From Alphaproteobacteria bacterium (GTDB lineage Bacteria > Pseudomonadota > Alphaproteobacteria > UBA6615), in the NCBI GenBank assembly GCA_965261975.1, contig CBDHEC010000027.1:1-37176 (forward strand): a DNA stretch of 37,176 bases, in the 5' to 3' direction. Within the stretch, counting starts at the first letter, position 1; each line of letters opens with the position of its first letter. This document shows, in pieces, positions 9,701 to 18,523 of the stretch. The position numbers and the translations under genes were made by a program. The notes under the pieces were generated by a model. That model searched no databases, had not been told where the DNA came from, and saw only the letters and a program-made list of their open reading frames with translations.

Positions 9701-9853
9701 CCGGCGAAGGCATCCGCACATCTGTTGTGCGGCGCAAGATAATCGTGAAATAAAATTACCAGAACAATCGGAGACCTGAAAATTATCTTGCAATATGCGT
9801 GGGATGAATTGGTTTCCCTTGATTTTGCATGTGCGAAGGACGACTATTGCATT

Positions 9854-9930
9854 GCGTCATCGTACTGCGGTGTCGCTTAAAACGTTTCCTCCCTATGACT
9901 TCGGGCCGTGGTCTCCACGGCCCTTTTTTT
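9854..9930 (+). ncRNA. Probable alpha-r8 / MmgR (suhB-family) small regulatory RNA; 5' end inferred
   Basis: TTTCCTCCCT decamer at 9885-9894 followed immediately by an intrinsic terminator, with no ORF on this strand; lies near an N-formylglutamate amidohydrolase gene as mmgR homologs do; candidate TTGATT-N17-GACTAT promoter at 9819-9847. Confidence 0.75.
9903..9930 (+). terminator. Rho-independent terminator of the sRNA
   Basis: GGGCCGTGG-TCT-CCACGGCCC perfect 9-bp stem followed by T7. Confidence 0.9.
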
Positions 9931-9980
9931 GCCTGCGATTTGACGTCTGCGGATGATCGCGCGCGAACCGGCGGAAAGGT

Positions 9981-10550
9981 CTAGCCTCGTTCGCCGGCGA
10001 TATCATCGGGAGGCAATGTGGCGCCGGGACCTAGCGCGCGTTGCATGCGCACACCGTCGACCCAACGGCCGAACTTAAAGCCGACCGCCGGCATGGTTCC
10101 GACCATCTCAAATCCGAGATGTTTGTGGAGGCCGATCGAGCCGTGGTTGTCGCTGCCCCCGATCACCGCGACCATCTGCCGGAATCCCGCCGCCGTGCAG
10201 CGCGCGATGAGTTCCGTCAGCAACGTTCGGCCCAGGCCGCGCCGCAGCGCGTCTTTCGAAATATAGACCGAATCCTCGACCGTATAGCGATACGCGGACC
10301 GCCCGCGAAACGGGCTGACATAGGCATAGCCGCCGATCTGACCGTCACACTCGGCAACGATAAAGGGCAGGCCCCGTTCTTGAATGGTCTCCATGCGCTG
10401 CGCCATCTCCGCGGCGTCGGGCGGGACTTCTTCGAACGAGGACAGTCCGGTCAGAACATGAGTCGCATAGATTTTCTGAATGGCCGGCGCATCATCCGCA
10501 CAAGCATCGCGCAGCGTGAACAAATTCGCCTGGTCGGGGTCCGCAGACAA
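9981..10550 (-). CDS. GNAT N-acetyltransferase, phosphinothricin/methionine-sulfoximine acetyltransferase (Pat/MddA) type
   Basis: SFEEVPP, RSAYRYTVEDSVY, RRGLGR acetyl-CoA loop, SIGLHKHLGF, VGFKFGRWVD. Start codon uncertain. Confidence 0.88.
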   Translation of the reverse strand: MSADPDQANLFTLRDACADDAPAIQKIYATHVLTGLSSFEEVPPDAAEMAQRMETIQERGLPFIVAECDGQIGGYAYVSPFRGRSAYRYTVEDSVYISKDALRRGLGRTLLTELIARCTAAGFRQMVAVIGGSDNHGSIGLHKHLGFEMVGTMPAVGFKFGRWVDGVRMQRALGPGATLPPDDIAGERG

Positions 10551-10558
10551 GATTCGTC

Positions 10559-11443
10559 TCAGGCGGCGAGGGCTGCAGGTTCAAGCGCTGCCAGCCGGGC
10601 GGCCAGAAGGCTCATATTCTCGGCGACTTTTGCGAGACCGTCTGTGCGCTCCATGGTCGCCTCATCCATATAGAGCGCGCGGTTGATTTCGATTTGCAGC
10701 GCATGGACGCCGGTTTCGGGGCGGCCGTAGTTTCGGGTGATGAAGCCGCCCGAATACGGGGCGTTGCGGACGACGGTGTAACCCATCTCACGCAAGGTCT
10801 CCTCGACCAGGCCCGTCAGGGAACGGTTGCACGCCCGGCCGTGAGCATCGCCGAGAATGAAATCCACCTGGCGGCGGCGCCCGGCGTCATTCTCCATCGG
10901 CCCGCCGATGGACGGCATTGAATGGCAGTCAATGAGTATGCAGGTGCCGAACGCGGTGCGGGTCTGGGTAATCAGGTCTTCCAGCGCCTCATGGTAGGGC
11001 TGGTAGCAGCGCTTGATGCGTTCGCGTGCCTCGTCGAACGAAAGTTTGCACGAATATATCTCCGCACCATTGGCGACCACGCGCGCGATCGTGCCGAGAC
11101 CGGCGGCGACCCTGGGTGAGCGTTTGTTGACGAACGCCGGTAGCGCCTCGATGAACATTGCAGGGTCAAGTTCATACGGTTCGCGATTGGGATCGACGAA
11201 GGCGCGCGGAAACAATGCCTTCAACAGCGGCGCGCCGTGATGTGGCACTTGGGCGAACAGCTCATCGACAAATGAATCTTCTGAGCGACGGATCGCATGC
11301 GCGTCGAGTTTGGACGCGGCGAGGAACGCGTCGGGATAAGCCCGTCCGCTATGGGGCGACGAGAAAACCAGCGGCACACGCTGTTCTGCGGGCGCTAGAA
11401 TCTCAATCGCGGCGTCGGAATCATTGACGGTTTCGCGGTCCAT
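10559..11443 (-). CDS. N-formylglutamate amidohydrolase family protein
   Basis: SSPHSG, SEDSFVDELF, RAFVDPNR, YQPYH, IDCHSMPS, NAPYSGG, HALQIEINRALYMDE motifs. Confidence 0.92.
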   Translation of the reverse strand: MDRETVNDSDAAIEILAPAEQRVPLVFSSPHSGRAYPDAFLAASKLDAHAIRRSEDSFVDELFAQVPHHGAPLLKALFPRAFVDPNREPYELDPAMFIEALPAFVNKRSPRVAAGLGTIARVVANGAEIYSCKLSFDEARERIKRCYQPYHEALEDLITQTRTAFGTCILIDCHSMPSIGGPMENDAGRRRQVDFILGDAHGRACNRSLTGLVEETLREMGYTVVRNAPYSGGFITRNYGRPETGVHALQIEINRALYMDEATMERTDGLAKVAENMSLLAARLAALEPAALAA

Positions 11444-11637
11444 AATATGTCTGATGTAGCGAAAAGCGGGCGGACTGTCACCCTTGACACGGATGCGTGT
11501 TTCGACGTGAGCGAAGGCATGAGGCGGCGCACGTCAGGATCGACTTTCTTCACCCTTTCGAAACCGGTTCGGGCTAGCCTCTGGCCGTCGCGCCGGCTGC
11601 GCGGAACTATACTGATATGCCGAAGGACACGGGATAG

Positions 11638-12003
11638 ATGGCGCGAATTCTGCTCGCTGAGGATGATCAATCGATGCGTGAGTTCCTGGCCCGCGCGCTG
11701 GAACGCAGCGGGCACGACGTCACGGCTGTGCCCGATGGCCTGGCGGCCCTCGACGCCGTGTCGGAGCGCGCCTATGAGCTGTTGATCGCAGACATCGTGA
11801 TGCCGGGAATCGATGGCATCGAGGTGTCGCGCCAGGCCAGCAAGGTGAATGCGGATCTGAAGGTGCTGTTCATCACCGGCTTCGCGGCGGTGGCCATGAA
11901 TGCGCGCGAGGAAATGGGCGATACAAAAGTTCTGTCCAAGCCCTTCCACCTGCGTGATCTCGTCGATCATGTGGACGAGATCCTAGAAGAGCAGGTCGCC
12001 TGA
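11638..12003 (+). CDS. cpdR: Cell-cycle single-domain response regulator CpdR
   Basis: MARILLAEDD..MR.FLARAL, DIVMP.IDGIE, FITGFAAVA, VLSKPFHLRDLV; divergent from N-formylglutamate amidohydrolase and upstream of tRNA-Val, the conserved cpdR context. Confidence 0.9.
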   Translation: MARILLAEDDQSMREFLARALERSGHDVTAVPDGLAALDAVSERAYELLIADIVMPGIDGIEVSRQASKVNADLKVLFITGFAAVAMNAREEMGDTKVLSKPFHLRDLVDHVDEILEEQVA

Positions 12004-12018
12004 CGACACGCCGGTTTT

Positions 12019-12027
12019 TGCTATAAT
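12019..12027 (+). promoter_or_regulatory. Extended -10 promoter element for the cupin gene
   Basis: TG-C-TATAAT, a perfect extended -10, between the cpdR stop and the cupin start. Confidence 0.55.
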
Positions 12028-12049
12028 ACCCCGGACGCTTTGATGGAAT

Positions 12050-12391
12050 ATGGGGGCGCGCGTGTCCAACACCGCCGAAATTAGCTACACACCCGATGCC
12101 GATGATCGCACTGCCGAGCTCAGTGAAATTATCCATGAAGATGATCGTTCGCGGGTGGTCAAATACACAATCAAGCCCGGTGAACAGACCGGATGGCACA
12201 CCCATGAACTCGATTATGTGGTGATCTATCTCACCCCCGGGGAGCTCACATCGCACTTTGCCGATGGAACCACGAAGGTGTTCAACTACGAACCCGGCAA
12301 GGCCGGTTCCTACAAGGCGCCCGTGGAGCACAACGCGGTAAACACCGGCGACACGGACGTCGTCGGCTACGAGATCGAGTACAAGCGGTAA
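12050..12391 (+). CDS. Small cupin-domain protein (BauB-like)
   Basis: PGEQTGWHTHELDYVV and VEHNAVN cupin metal motifs. Start may be GTG 12062. Confidence 0.8.
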   Translation: MGARVSNTAEISYTPDADDRTAELSEIIHEDDRSRVVKYTIKPGEQTGWHTHELDYVVIYLTPGELTSHFADGTTKVFNYEPGKAGSYKAPVEHNAVNTGDTDVVGYEIEYKR

Positions 12392-12418
12392 CGCTTGCGA
12401 AATTGGCGGGCGCACCAC

Positions 12419-12447
12419 TTGCCATTGGCGGGGGTGCGGTGTATCAC
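12419..12447 (+). promoter_or_regulatory. sigma-70-type promoter for tRNA-Val
   Basis: TTGCCA-N17-TATCAC followed by a GC-rich discriminator, about 70 nt upstream of the tRNA. Confidence 0.5.
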
Positions 12448-12515
12448 CCGCCACTGTCGTGGACGAAAGACCGGAGACGGAACGTCGTCGGCGACGCTGA
12501 AACCCGTATCAGGTG

Positions 12516-12590
12516 GGGCGCGTAGCTCAGCGGGAGAGCACTGTGTTGACATCGCAGGGGTCGCTGGTTCAATCCCAGCCGTGCCCACCA
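12516..12590 (+). tRNA. tRNA-Val (anticodon GAC)
   Basis: Acceptor stem GGGCGCG/CGTGCCC, D-arm GCTC/GAGC, anticodon stem CTGTG/CGCAG with loop TTGACAT, T-loop GTTCAATC, encoded ACCA end; 75 nt. Confidence 0.97.
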
Positions 12591-12716
12591 TTTTCCGCCC
12601 CGCATATCCGAATCAGGTCGCGTTGCCGCCGCTTGATTCGCTGTTTGTAGACTTCTCAACCTTCCCCGCTCTAGAGTCCGTCGGTCATCGAGACGGACTC
12701 TCAAGGGAGCTTGGCC

Positions 12717-13583
12717 ATGTCCAGCGCGGTTGATGATCTTCGCGAGAAGACCGAGGTTACGGCGGCACTCAATTACCTGGTCGACACCAGCGAGACACCG
12801 GTCTTCCAGCAGACCAGGACGGCCACCGATCTCGTTAGCCTGAGCGGCGCGCGCGAGCCGCGGAAGGTCACCATCCGAAATGCCAGGCCGATGGCTGTGG
12901 GGCTGTCTCTGGATGTCGAGGGTTTTGCCTTCGCCGAGCAGGTGACCCGGGTGACCGACTTCAACGACGATACGCAGCTGGCATCGATCTATACGCCGGA
13001 AATCGAAAGCCTGGTGGCTGCGGTCGCAGGGGCCAGCGAGGCGGTGGTGTTCGACCACACACGTCGTTCGACCGATGCCGCCCATCGGGAGAAGTATGGA
13101 TCGCGCGACCCCGTTCCCGCCCCCCATAGCGACTACGATGATTCCTCCGCCCGCCAGCGCATGCGTGACAAGTTTGGCGATGGCGCGGACGATCGCCTCC
13201 GGGGCCGGTTCGCCATCGTCAACGTCTGGCGCTCCATGTCCGGGCCGATCGAACAGTGGCCGCTGACGGTGTGCGACGCGCGCACGATCGATGAGGAATT
13301 TCTGATCTCGACCCGCCGCGAGGCACCCATCCGCCCGGAGCCGTCCTTTGAATATGCGCGCCCCAGCGCCACGCGCCACGCCGCCTACGATGCCAACCAT
13401 CGCTGGTATTACTTCCCGCGGATGGCGCAGAACGAGGTTCTGCTGTTCAAGAATTACGACACGCTCACCGACGGCACCGCACAGTTTTCCCTGCACTCGG
13501 CGTTCGAGGACCCCGACACGCCGACTGACCCGGCGCCGCGCGAGACGATCGAAACACGTGCTTTCGTGTTCTACGACGAATAA
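12717..13583 (+). CDS. CmcJ/NvfI-family (AsaB-like) Fe(II)/2-oxoglutarate-type oxidoreductase
   Basis: FDHTRR, PHSDY (HxD), RFAIVNVWRS, PLTVCDART, RWYYFPRM, LLFKNYD, HSAF, RETIETR; RBS AGGGAG upstream. Confidence 0.82.
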   Translation: MSSAVDDLREKTEVTAALNYLVDTSETPVFQQTRTATDLVSLSGAREPRKVTIRNARPMAVGLSLDVEGFAFAEQVTRVTDFNDDTQLASIYTPEIESLVAAVAGASEAVVFDHTRRSTDAAHREKYGSRDPVPAPHSDYDDSSARQRMRDKFGDGADDRLRGRFAIVNVWRSMSGPIEQWPLTVCDARTIDEEFLISTRREAPIRPEPSFEYARPSATRHAAYDANHRWYYFPRMAQNEVLLFKNYDTLTDGTAQFSLHSAFEDPDTPTDPAPRETIETRAFVFYDE

Positions 13584-13605
13584 CGCTCGAAACAGGAGAA
13601 GTGAT

Positions 13606-14376
13606 GTGTCCGATCCCGTCGTAACGGTCGAGGAGGCCGGCAGCGACACGCTGGTTGTGCGACTCAACAGGCCACACAAGCGCAATGCATTGTCGTCGGA
13701 GCTGAAACGGGAACTCGCGGTGACGGCGCGAACGCTCGCCGAGCGAACCGACATCGGTGCCATCATCCTGACCGGTGCCGGCGGCGCGTTTTGTGCGGGT
13801 AACGATCTTTCTGAACCCGATTCCTTTGCGCAGGACCTGCCGCTCGCCGAGGCCCGGCGCCACATTCGACTGGGCCTGGAGATGTGCCGGGCCTGGGAGG
13901 CGCTGCCCCAGCTGACGATTGCGGCGGTGGACCGGTTCGCGATCGGCGGTGGGATATCGCTCGCCCTGTCATGCGACTTCCGCATCCTCCAAACGGACGC
14001 GTGGTTGCGCGCGCCGGAGGTGGAGCTCGGCACCACATATTCCTGGGGGACCCTGCCGCGGCTGGCGCGTCTCGTCGGGCCGGCGCGCGCGAAGTTGATT
14101 GCCGGGCTCTGCCGCCGGGTCGATGCCCCGACGGCGCTGGACTGGGGCCTGTGCGAAGAGGTCAGTGATGACACGTTAGCCGCCGCGTTGGTGATGGCTG
14201 GCGAGATCACGGCCAAGCCGCGGGTGGCTCAGCAAATGGTCAAGGAATCCGTGAACCGGCTGTTCGCCGGTCCCGACACGGCGAGCCTGGAGCAGGACCA
14301 GGTGCTGCTGAATATGACTGATCCCGACGCCCATGCCCGACAGGCCGAGATCCTGGATCGCTTACGTGGAGATTGA
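13606..14376 (+). CDS. Enoyl-CoA hydratase/isomerase (crotonase) family protein
   Basis: LNRPHKRNAL, FCAGNDL, AIGGG..LALSCDFRI, PEVELG; GTG start after AGGAG. Confidence 0.88.
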   Translation: MSDPVVTVEEAGSDTLVVRLNRPHKRNALSSELKRELAVTARTLAERTDIGAIILTGAGGAFCAGNDLSEPDSFAQDLPLAEARRHIRLGLEMCRAWEALPQLTIAAVDRFAIGGGISLALSCDFRILQTDAWLRAPEVELGTTYSWGTLPRLARLVGPARAKLIAGLCRRVDAPTALDWGLCEEVSDDTLAAALVMAGEITAKPRVAQQMVKESVNRLFAGPDTASLEQDQVLLNMTDPDAHARQAEILDRLRGD

Positions 14377-14413
14377 AGCCGTTTCCCGGCCGGGCCGCGT
14401 GCGGGGATGTGTC

Positions 14414-15394
14414 ATGCAGAACTGCTATCGCGTAACCCTGATGCTGCTCGCCGGATCCCTGCTGGCTGCGGCATTTACGCTGACGCCGGCCCGCGCGCAG
14501 CAGAGCACTCCGCGCTACGTCATCTACTATAACTCCAACGCAAGCCCGCCCGAGGCGCTGATCGGGACCCCCTATACCCATGTGATCCTGTCGTTCATCA
14601 CCGTCGCCCCCGCCGCGCCGGACGCAGGTCCTGTGTCGCTGGTCGTGCCGAGCAAGATCGAGCCGGCGCTCGCTGTGATCGAGCGCTTGCAGGCGGAAGG
14701 CAAGCGCGTGCTGATCTCGTTTGGCGGTGGCGCCATGCAACTCGATGGTTACTCGGGGCTTGTCGGCCGCGAAGAATCGCTCGCCGATGCGATCACGACC
14801 TTTGTGTCCCGACACGGTTTCGATGGTGTCGATATCGATTTTGAAGTGAGCGCGGCACTCGAGAGCCCACCGCGTCCCGGGGTGCTCGACGGGCGGCGTT
14901 TTCTCATCGACCTGACGGCGGCCTTGCGTAATCGGCTCCCTGCGGGCGCGCTCATCAGCCATGCACCACAGGCACCCTACCTGGATCCGGCTTGGCACGG
15001 GGGGCCCTACCTGGATGTGTTGCGCGCCGTCGGCGGTGCGATCGACTGGGTCATGGTGCAGTACTACAACAATCCGGATTATCAGGCCCCGGTGGCGCAG
15101 CGGATCGTGGGCCAGTCGCCACATCCGTTCGTTACGTTCTATGCGGGGATTCTGGGTTTATCCTGGCCATCCGGGAAGACTCTCGTGGGGTTGCCCGTGT
15201 TTCGCGACGACGCATCCAGCGGGCATCTCCAGCCTGAGCGGGTTGTCTCGGAAGTCGTCTGCCCGTTGCGCGAACGCTACGGCACAAATTTCGGCGGGCT
15301 GACCGGCTGGCAGTTCTCGACCCTGACCGCAGATCACCGTTTCTGGAACAATCAGATGGCGGGTGCCGTGACCGGTACGGATTGCCTCAGATAG
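14414..15394 (+). CDS. Secreted glycoside hydrolase family 18 (chitinase-like)
   Basis: Signal peptide ending ARA; YTHVILSF, VLISFGG, catalytic DGVDIDFE (DxxDxDxE), SHAPQAPY, VQYYNN, GGLTGW. Confidence 0.88.
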   Translation: MQNCYRVTLMLLAGSLLAAAFTLTPARAQQSTPRYVIYYNSNASPPEALIGTPYTHVILSFITVAPAAPDAGPVSLVVPSKIEPALAVIERLQAEGKRVLISFGGGAMQLDGYSGLVGREESLADAITTFVSRHGFDGVDIDFEVSAALESPPRPGVLDGRRFLIDLTAALRNRLPAGALISHAPQAPYLDPAWHGGPYLDVLRAVGGAIDWVMVQYYNNPDYQAPVAQRIVGQSPHPFVTFYAGILGLSWPSGKTLVGLPVFRDDASSGHLQPERVVSEVVCPLRERYGTNFGGLTGWQFSTLTADHRFWNNQMAGAVTGTDCLR

Positions 15395-15504
15395 GTTCTG
15401 GATAAGTCCGGACAACATCCACTTCCCTCTCTGACACAAATCCGTTACACAAAAAGAAAAAAACTCTGGTTTCTTAACTATCGTGGACAAGGGAGAGGAA
15501 TTCG

Positions 15505-16620
15505 ATGAAATTCCAACGTAAATCAATCTGGGCGGGTGCCGTATCGGCGATCGCTCTTCTCGCGGCCGGTTCGGCTGCACAGGCCGACGGCCACCTCAAC
15601 GCGGTTGAGGCAAAACTCGCGCCGCTCGCCAAGGAAGAGGGCTCGGTCACGATCATTCATCCGCTGTTCTCCGACCGTACGGCACAGCGCATGGCTGCAG
15701 CGTTCAAGAAGCGCTACAACCTCGGCGACGATTTCCAGTTCAACAGCCTGCGCAAGGGCACGGGCGCCACGGTGGCGCAGGTCCGCCAGGAGATTCAGGC
15801 CGGCAAGTTCACGGTCGATGCGATCATCGTTCACTCGCCGGCGTTCTTCGATCAGGCAGCTGATCGTGGTGCGTTCGTAGAGCTCGAGTCCGAGAACTGG
15901 GCCGCGAGTGAAAAGCTGGTCAAGTCGGCCGGCCAGTATTCGCGCTTCCCGCTCGTCGCGACCCCGCTGGCATACACCTTCCAGCCGGTCTGGAATGCGT
16001 CCTGCCCGGGCATGGCGAACTTCAGCGTCGATTCCTATGAGGACGCCGTTGCGGCTTCCCTCAAGGGCAAAACGATCTCGTCGGATATCACCAAGTCGTT
16101 CACCTACACGAACACTGTGATTGCGATGCAGCAGTCGGGCGCCGTGGACTTCAACGAATTCTGGCCGGCGCTTGCAAAGACCGACCCGATCGTCGAGTTC
16201 CGTACCGAGCCGAAGATGCAGATGATGATCTCGTGCCAGCGCCCGTTCGACATGTGGAACCTGTCGGGCCGCGTGTACCAGAACGTGCTGAAGCAGCCTG
16301 ATCTGGCCGACAAGATCAAGATCGGTTCCTATAAGGAAGGCCAGGCGATGCTGGGCAACCAGATTGCGGTTCTGAAGGGTGCAGAGAACCCGAATGCCGG
16401 CAAGCTGCTGGTCGAGTTCCTGCTTTCCAAGGAAGGTTCCGACATCTTCGTCGAGGGCGAGGCGGTTTACTCGTTCCGCGACGGCTACAAGGCACCGGCC
16501 GCTGCGGCGCCGTACCTGATGGACCTTTCGCAGCACAAGCTGATCGGCATGTCCGATTGGGTGAGTGCCGTGAAGGATTACAAGGCTGTTCGCGGCGTCT
16601 GGCAGGAAAACTTCCGCTAG
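15505..16620 (+). CDS. ABC transporter substrate-binding protein (FbpA/polyamine/thiamine-like class)
   Basis: Signal peptide (AAQA), AKEEGSVTI, AENPNAGKLLVEFLLSKEG; first gene of an ABC operon; strong RBS GGGAGAGG. Confidence 0.88.
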   Translation: MKFQRKSIWAGAVSAIALLAAGSAAQADGHLNAVEAKLAPLAKEEGSVTIIHPLFSDRTAQRMAAAFKKRYNLGDDFQFNSLRKGTGATVAQVRQEIQAGKFTVDAIIVHSPAFFDQAADRGAFVELESENWAASEKLVKSAGQYSRFPLVATPLAYTFQPVWNASCPGMANFSVDSYEDAVAASLKGKTISSDITKSFTYTNTVIAMQQSGAVDFNEFWPALAKTDPIVEFRTEPKMQMMISCQRPFDMWNLSGRVYQNVLKQPDLADKIKIGSYKEGQAMLGNQIAVLKGAENPNAGKLLVEFLLSKEGSDIFVEGEAVYSFRDGYKAPAAAAPYLMDLSQHKLIGMSDWVSAVKDYKAVRGVWQENFR

Positions 16621-16641
16621 ACCGTTCGGTCTTATGCGTAT

Positions 16642-16671
16642 CGCGGGGCCCGGCCGAAATCGGGCCCCGCG
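16642..16671 (+). other. Intercistronic stem-loop after the SBP gene
   Basis: CGCGGGGCCCG-N8-CGGGCCCCGCG, an 11-bp perfect stem without a U-tract. Confidence 0.7.
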
Positions 16672-16761
16672 GTAACACTTTGTTCTGAACATCAGCCTTG
16701 ATCCGACGTGCGGCATGGTTTGCCGTGCGTACTCATCACGAATTGATCCGGTGGATTTGCC

Positions 16762-18513
16762 ATGACCACGGAAGCTCTTTCGCCCACGCGCGAGCGTTCT
16801 CGTCTTAACAACCGCCTGCGCGCGATGGTGACGCAGGAAAACATCATCACGGCCTTTGTGGCGATTATCGTCGCAGGCGCGGTCATCGTGCCGCTGGCGG
16901 TGTTGTTTGTTTCCAGCTTCAAGGTGCTCGACCCGCTGGGTTGGGACACGACCTGGGGCTTCGGCAACTATGTCGAGATGTTCACCGACCGGATTATTCC
17001 CAAGGCCTTCGTCAACACGCTGATAATCTCTTCCGGCTCCACCGTTCTGGCGACATTCCTGGGTGTGTCGCTTGCCTGGATCAACGCGCGGACCAACTGT
17101 CCGGGCCGCGATTATCTCGAGCCCTACAACCTGATTCCGTTTTTCCTGTCGCCCTTCGTTGGCGCGATCGCCTGGCACAATCTGGGTGAGCCCCAGACCG
17201 GCCTGTTGAACAACTGGGCGCGCGACATCTTCGGGATTGAGGGCGCACTCATCAATATCGACAACATCTGGGGCGTGATCTGGGTCACCGGCATCTTCTT
17301 CGCGCCGCTGGTCTATCTTTTCGTGGTCGGCTCGCTGCGCCGTATGGACCCGTCGCTCGAGGACAGTGCGCGGACGACCGGCGCGGGCCTCGTGCGCACG
17401 ACCATGACCGTCACCCTGCCGCTGGTTATGCCCGGCATCCTGTCGGGTGCGATTATCGTGTTCGTGACCAGCGCCGGCGAGTTCGGCGTACCCTTCAAAC
17501 TGTCGGCACCCTATGGCTGGGAGACGCTGACGACCCAAATCTTCTCCAAGGCCGTCGGCGACGATGCGAACCATTTCCTCGGTGCCGCCATGTCGATGGC
17601 GCTGGGTATCATCACGGTCCTGCTGATCTGGGTGCAGCAGCGCTACATCGCGCCGCGGTCCTTCACAACGGTGACCGGCAAGGGTTTCCGTCCGAATGTG
17701 CTCGATCTGGGCCCGTGGAAGTGGGTGGCCTTCGCCTACAACCTGATGTTCATCGCGGTTGCCGTCGTGCTGCCGATCGTCTGCCTGCTGATCGTCAGCC
17801 TGCATCCGGTGTGGACCGGCTCGATCGTGTGGGGCGACATCACCACCATCAACTATGTGAAGACGCTGTTCTGGTGGCGGCCCGATGCGATTTCGGCCGC
17901 GACCAACGGCATCATCAATTCGCTGATCCTGTCGTTCGGTGGCGCGTCGATCGCCATGGTGATGGCGTTGGTGATCTCCTACATGATCCACCGCACCAAG
18001 GGCTTCGGCGTCCGGATGCTCGACTTCCTGTCGGTGGTGCCGATCGGCTTCCCGGGCATCGTGCTGGCGATGGGCGTGCTGGTGACCTACATCCAGACGC
18101 CGATCTACGCGACCCTGTGGATCCTGATGCTGGCCTACATCACGCGATTCTTCCCCTACGGGCAGCGCAATATTTCGTCGATCATGCTGGCGATCTCCGA
18201 GGAGCTCGATCAGTCCTCGCGAATGGCCGGCGCGTCCTGGTTCACCACGCTGCGGCGGATCACGATCCCGCTGCTTAAGCCGGGACTGTTCGCGGGCTGG
18301 ATCCTGCTGTTCATCATCTTCCTGCGTGAACTCTCGATCTCGATCATCCTGTTCACGACGGGTACCGAGACCCTGTCGGTCGGCGTGTATTATCTGACCA
18401 ACTTCGAGAACGAGCCGCTGACGGCGGCCCTGTCGATGGCACAGACGGTTCTATTGCTGATTGCCATTTATGCTTTCCGCCGGTTTGCCGGCCGTGAAGC
18501 ACTGACGGCCTAG
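16762..18513 (+). CDS. Fused double-domain ABC permease (FbpB-like)
   Basis: About 12 TM segments with two EAA-like loops (DPSLEDSARTTGA; SEELDQSSRMAGA). Confidence 0.92.
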   Translation: MTTEALSPTRERSRLNNRLRAMVTQENIITAFVAIIVAGAVIVPLAVLFVSSFKVLDPLGWDTTWGFGNYVEMFTDRIIPKAFVNTLIISSGSTVLATFLGVSLAWINARTNCPGRDYLEPYNLIPFFLSPFVGAIAWHNLGEPQTGLLNNWARDIFGIEGALINIDNIWGVIWVTGIFFAPLVYLFVVGSLRRMDPSLEDSARTTGAGLVRTTMTVTLPLVMPGILSGAIIVFVTSAGEFGVPFKLSAPYGWETLTTQIFSKAVGDDANHFLGAAMSMALGIITVLLIWVQQRYIAPRSFTTVTGKGFRPNVLDLGPWKWVAFAYNLMFIAVAVVLPIVCLLIVSLHPVWTGSIVWGDITTINYVKTLFWWRPDAISAATNGIINSLILSFGGASIAMVMALVISYMIHRTKGFGVRMLDFLSVVPIGFPGIVLAMGVLVTYIQTPIYATLWILMLAYITRFFPYGQRNISSIMLAISEELDQSSRMAGASWFTTLRRITIPLLKPGLFAGWILLFIIFLRELSISIILFTTGTETLSVGVYYLTNFENEPLTAALSMAQTVLLLIAIYAFRRFAGREALTA

Positions 18514-18523
18514 GAGCGAGACC

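Noticed and set aside
15420-15504. Riboswitch or anti-SD leader before the ABC substrate-binding gene (TTCCCTCTC versus GAGAGGAA)
   Set aside because: Pairing is short and bulged, no known aptamer motif is recognisable, and the pyrimidine tract may lie upstream of the transcription start.
15523-17991. Long antisense ORFs (822 aa here; also 19..1164, 4046..5209, 12444..14216, 20428..21705, 28219..29403, 34589..35782)
   Set aside because: They lie opposite well-supported genes and have no recognisable motifs; high-GC codon bias makes stop-free shadow frames common.
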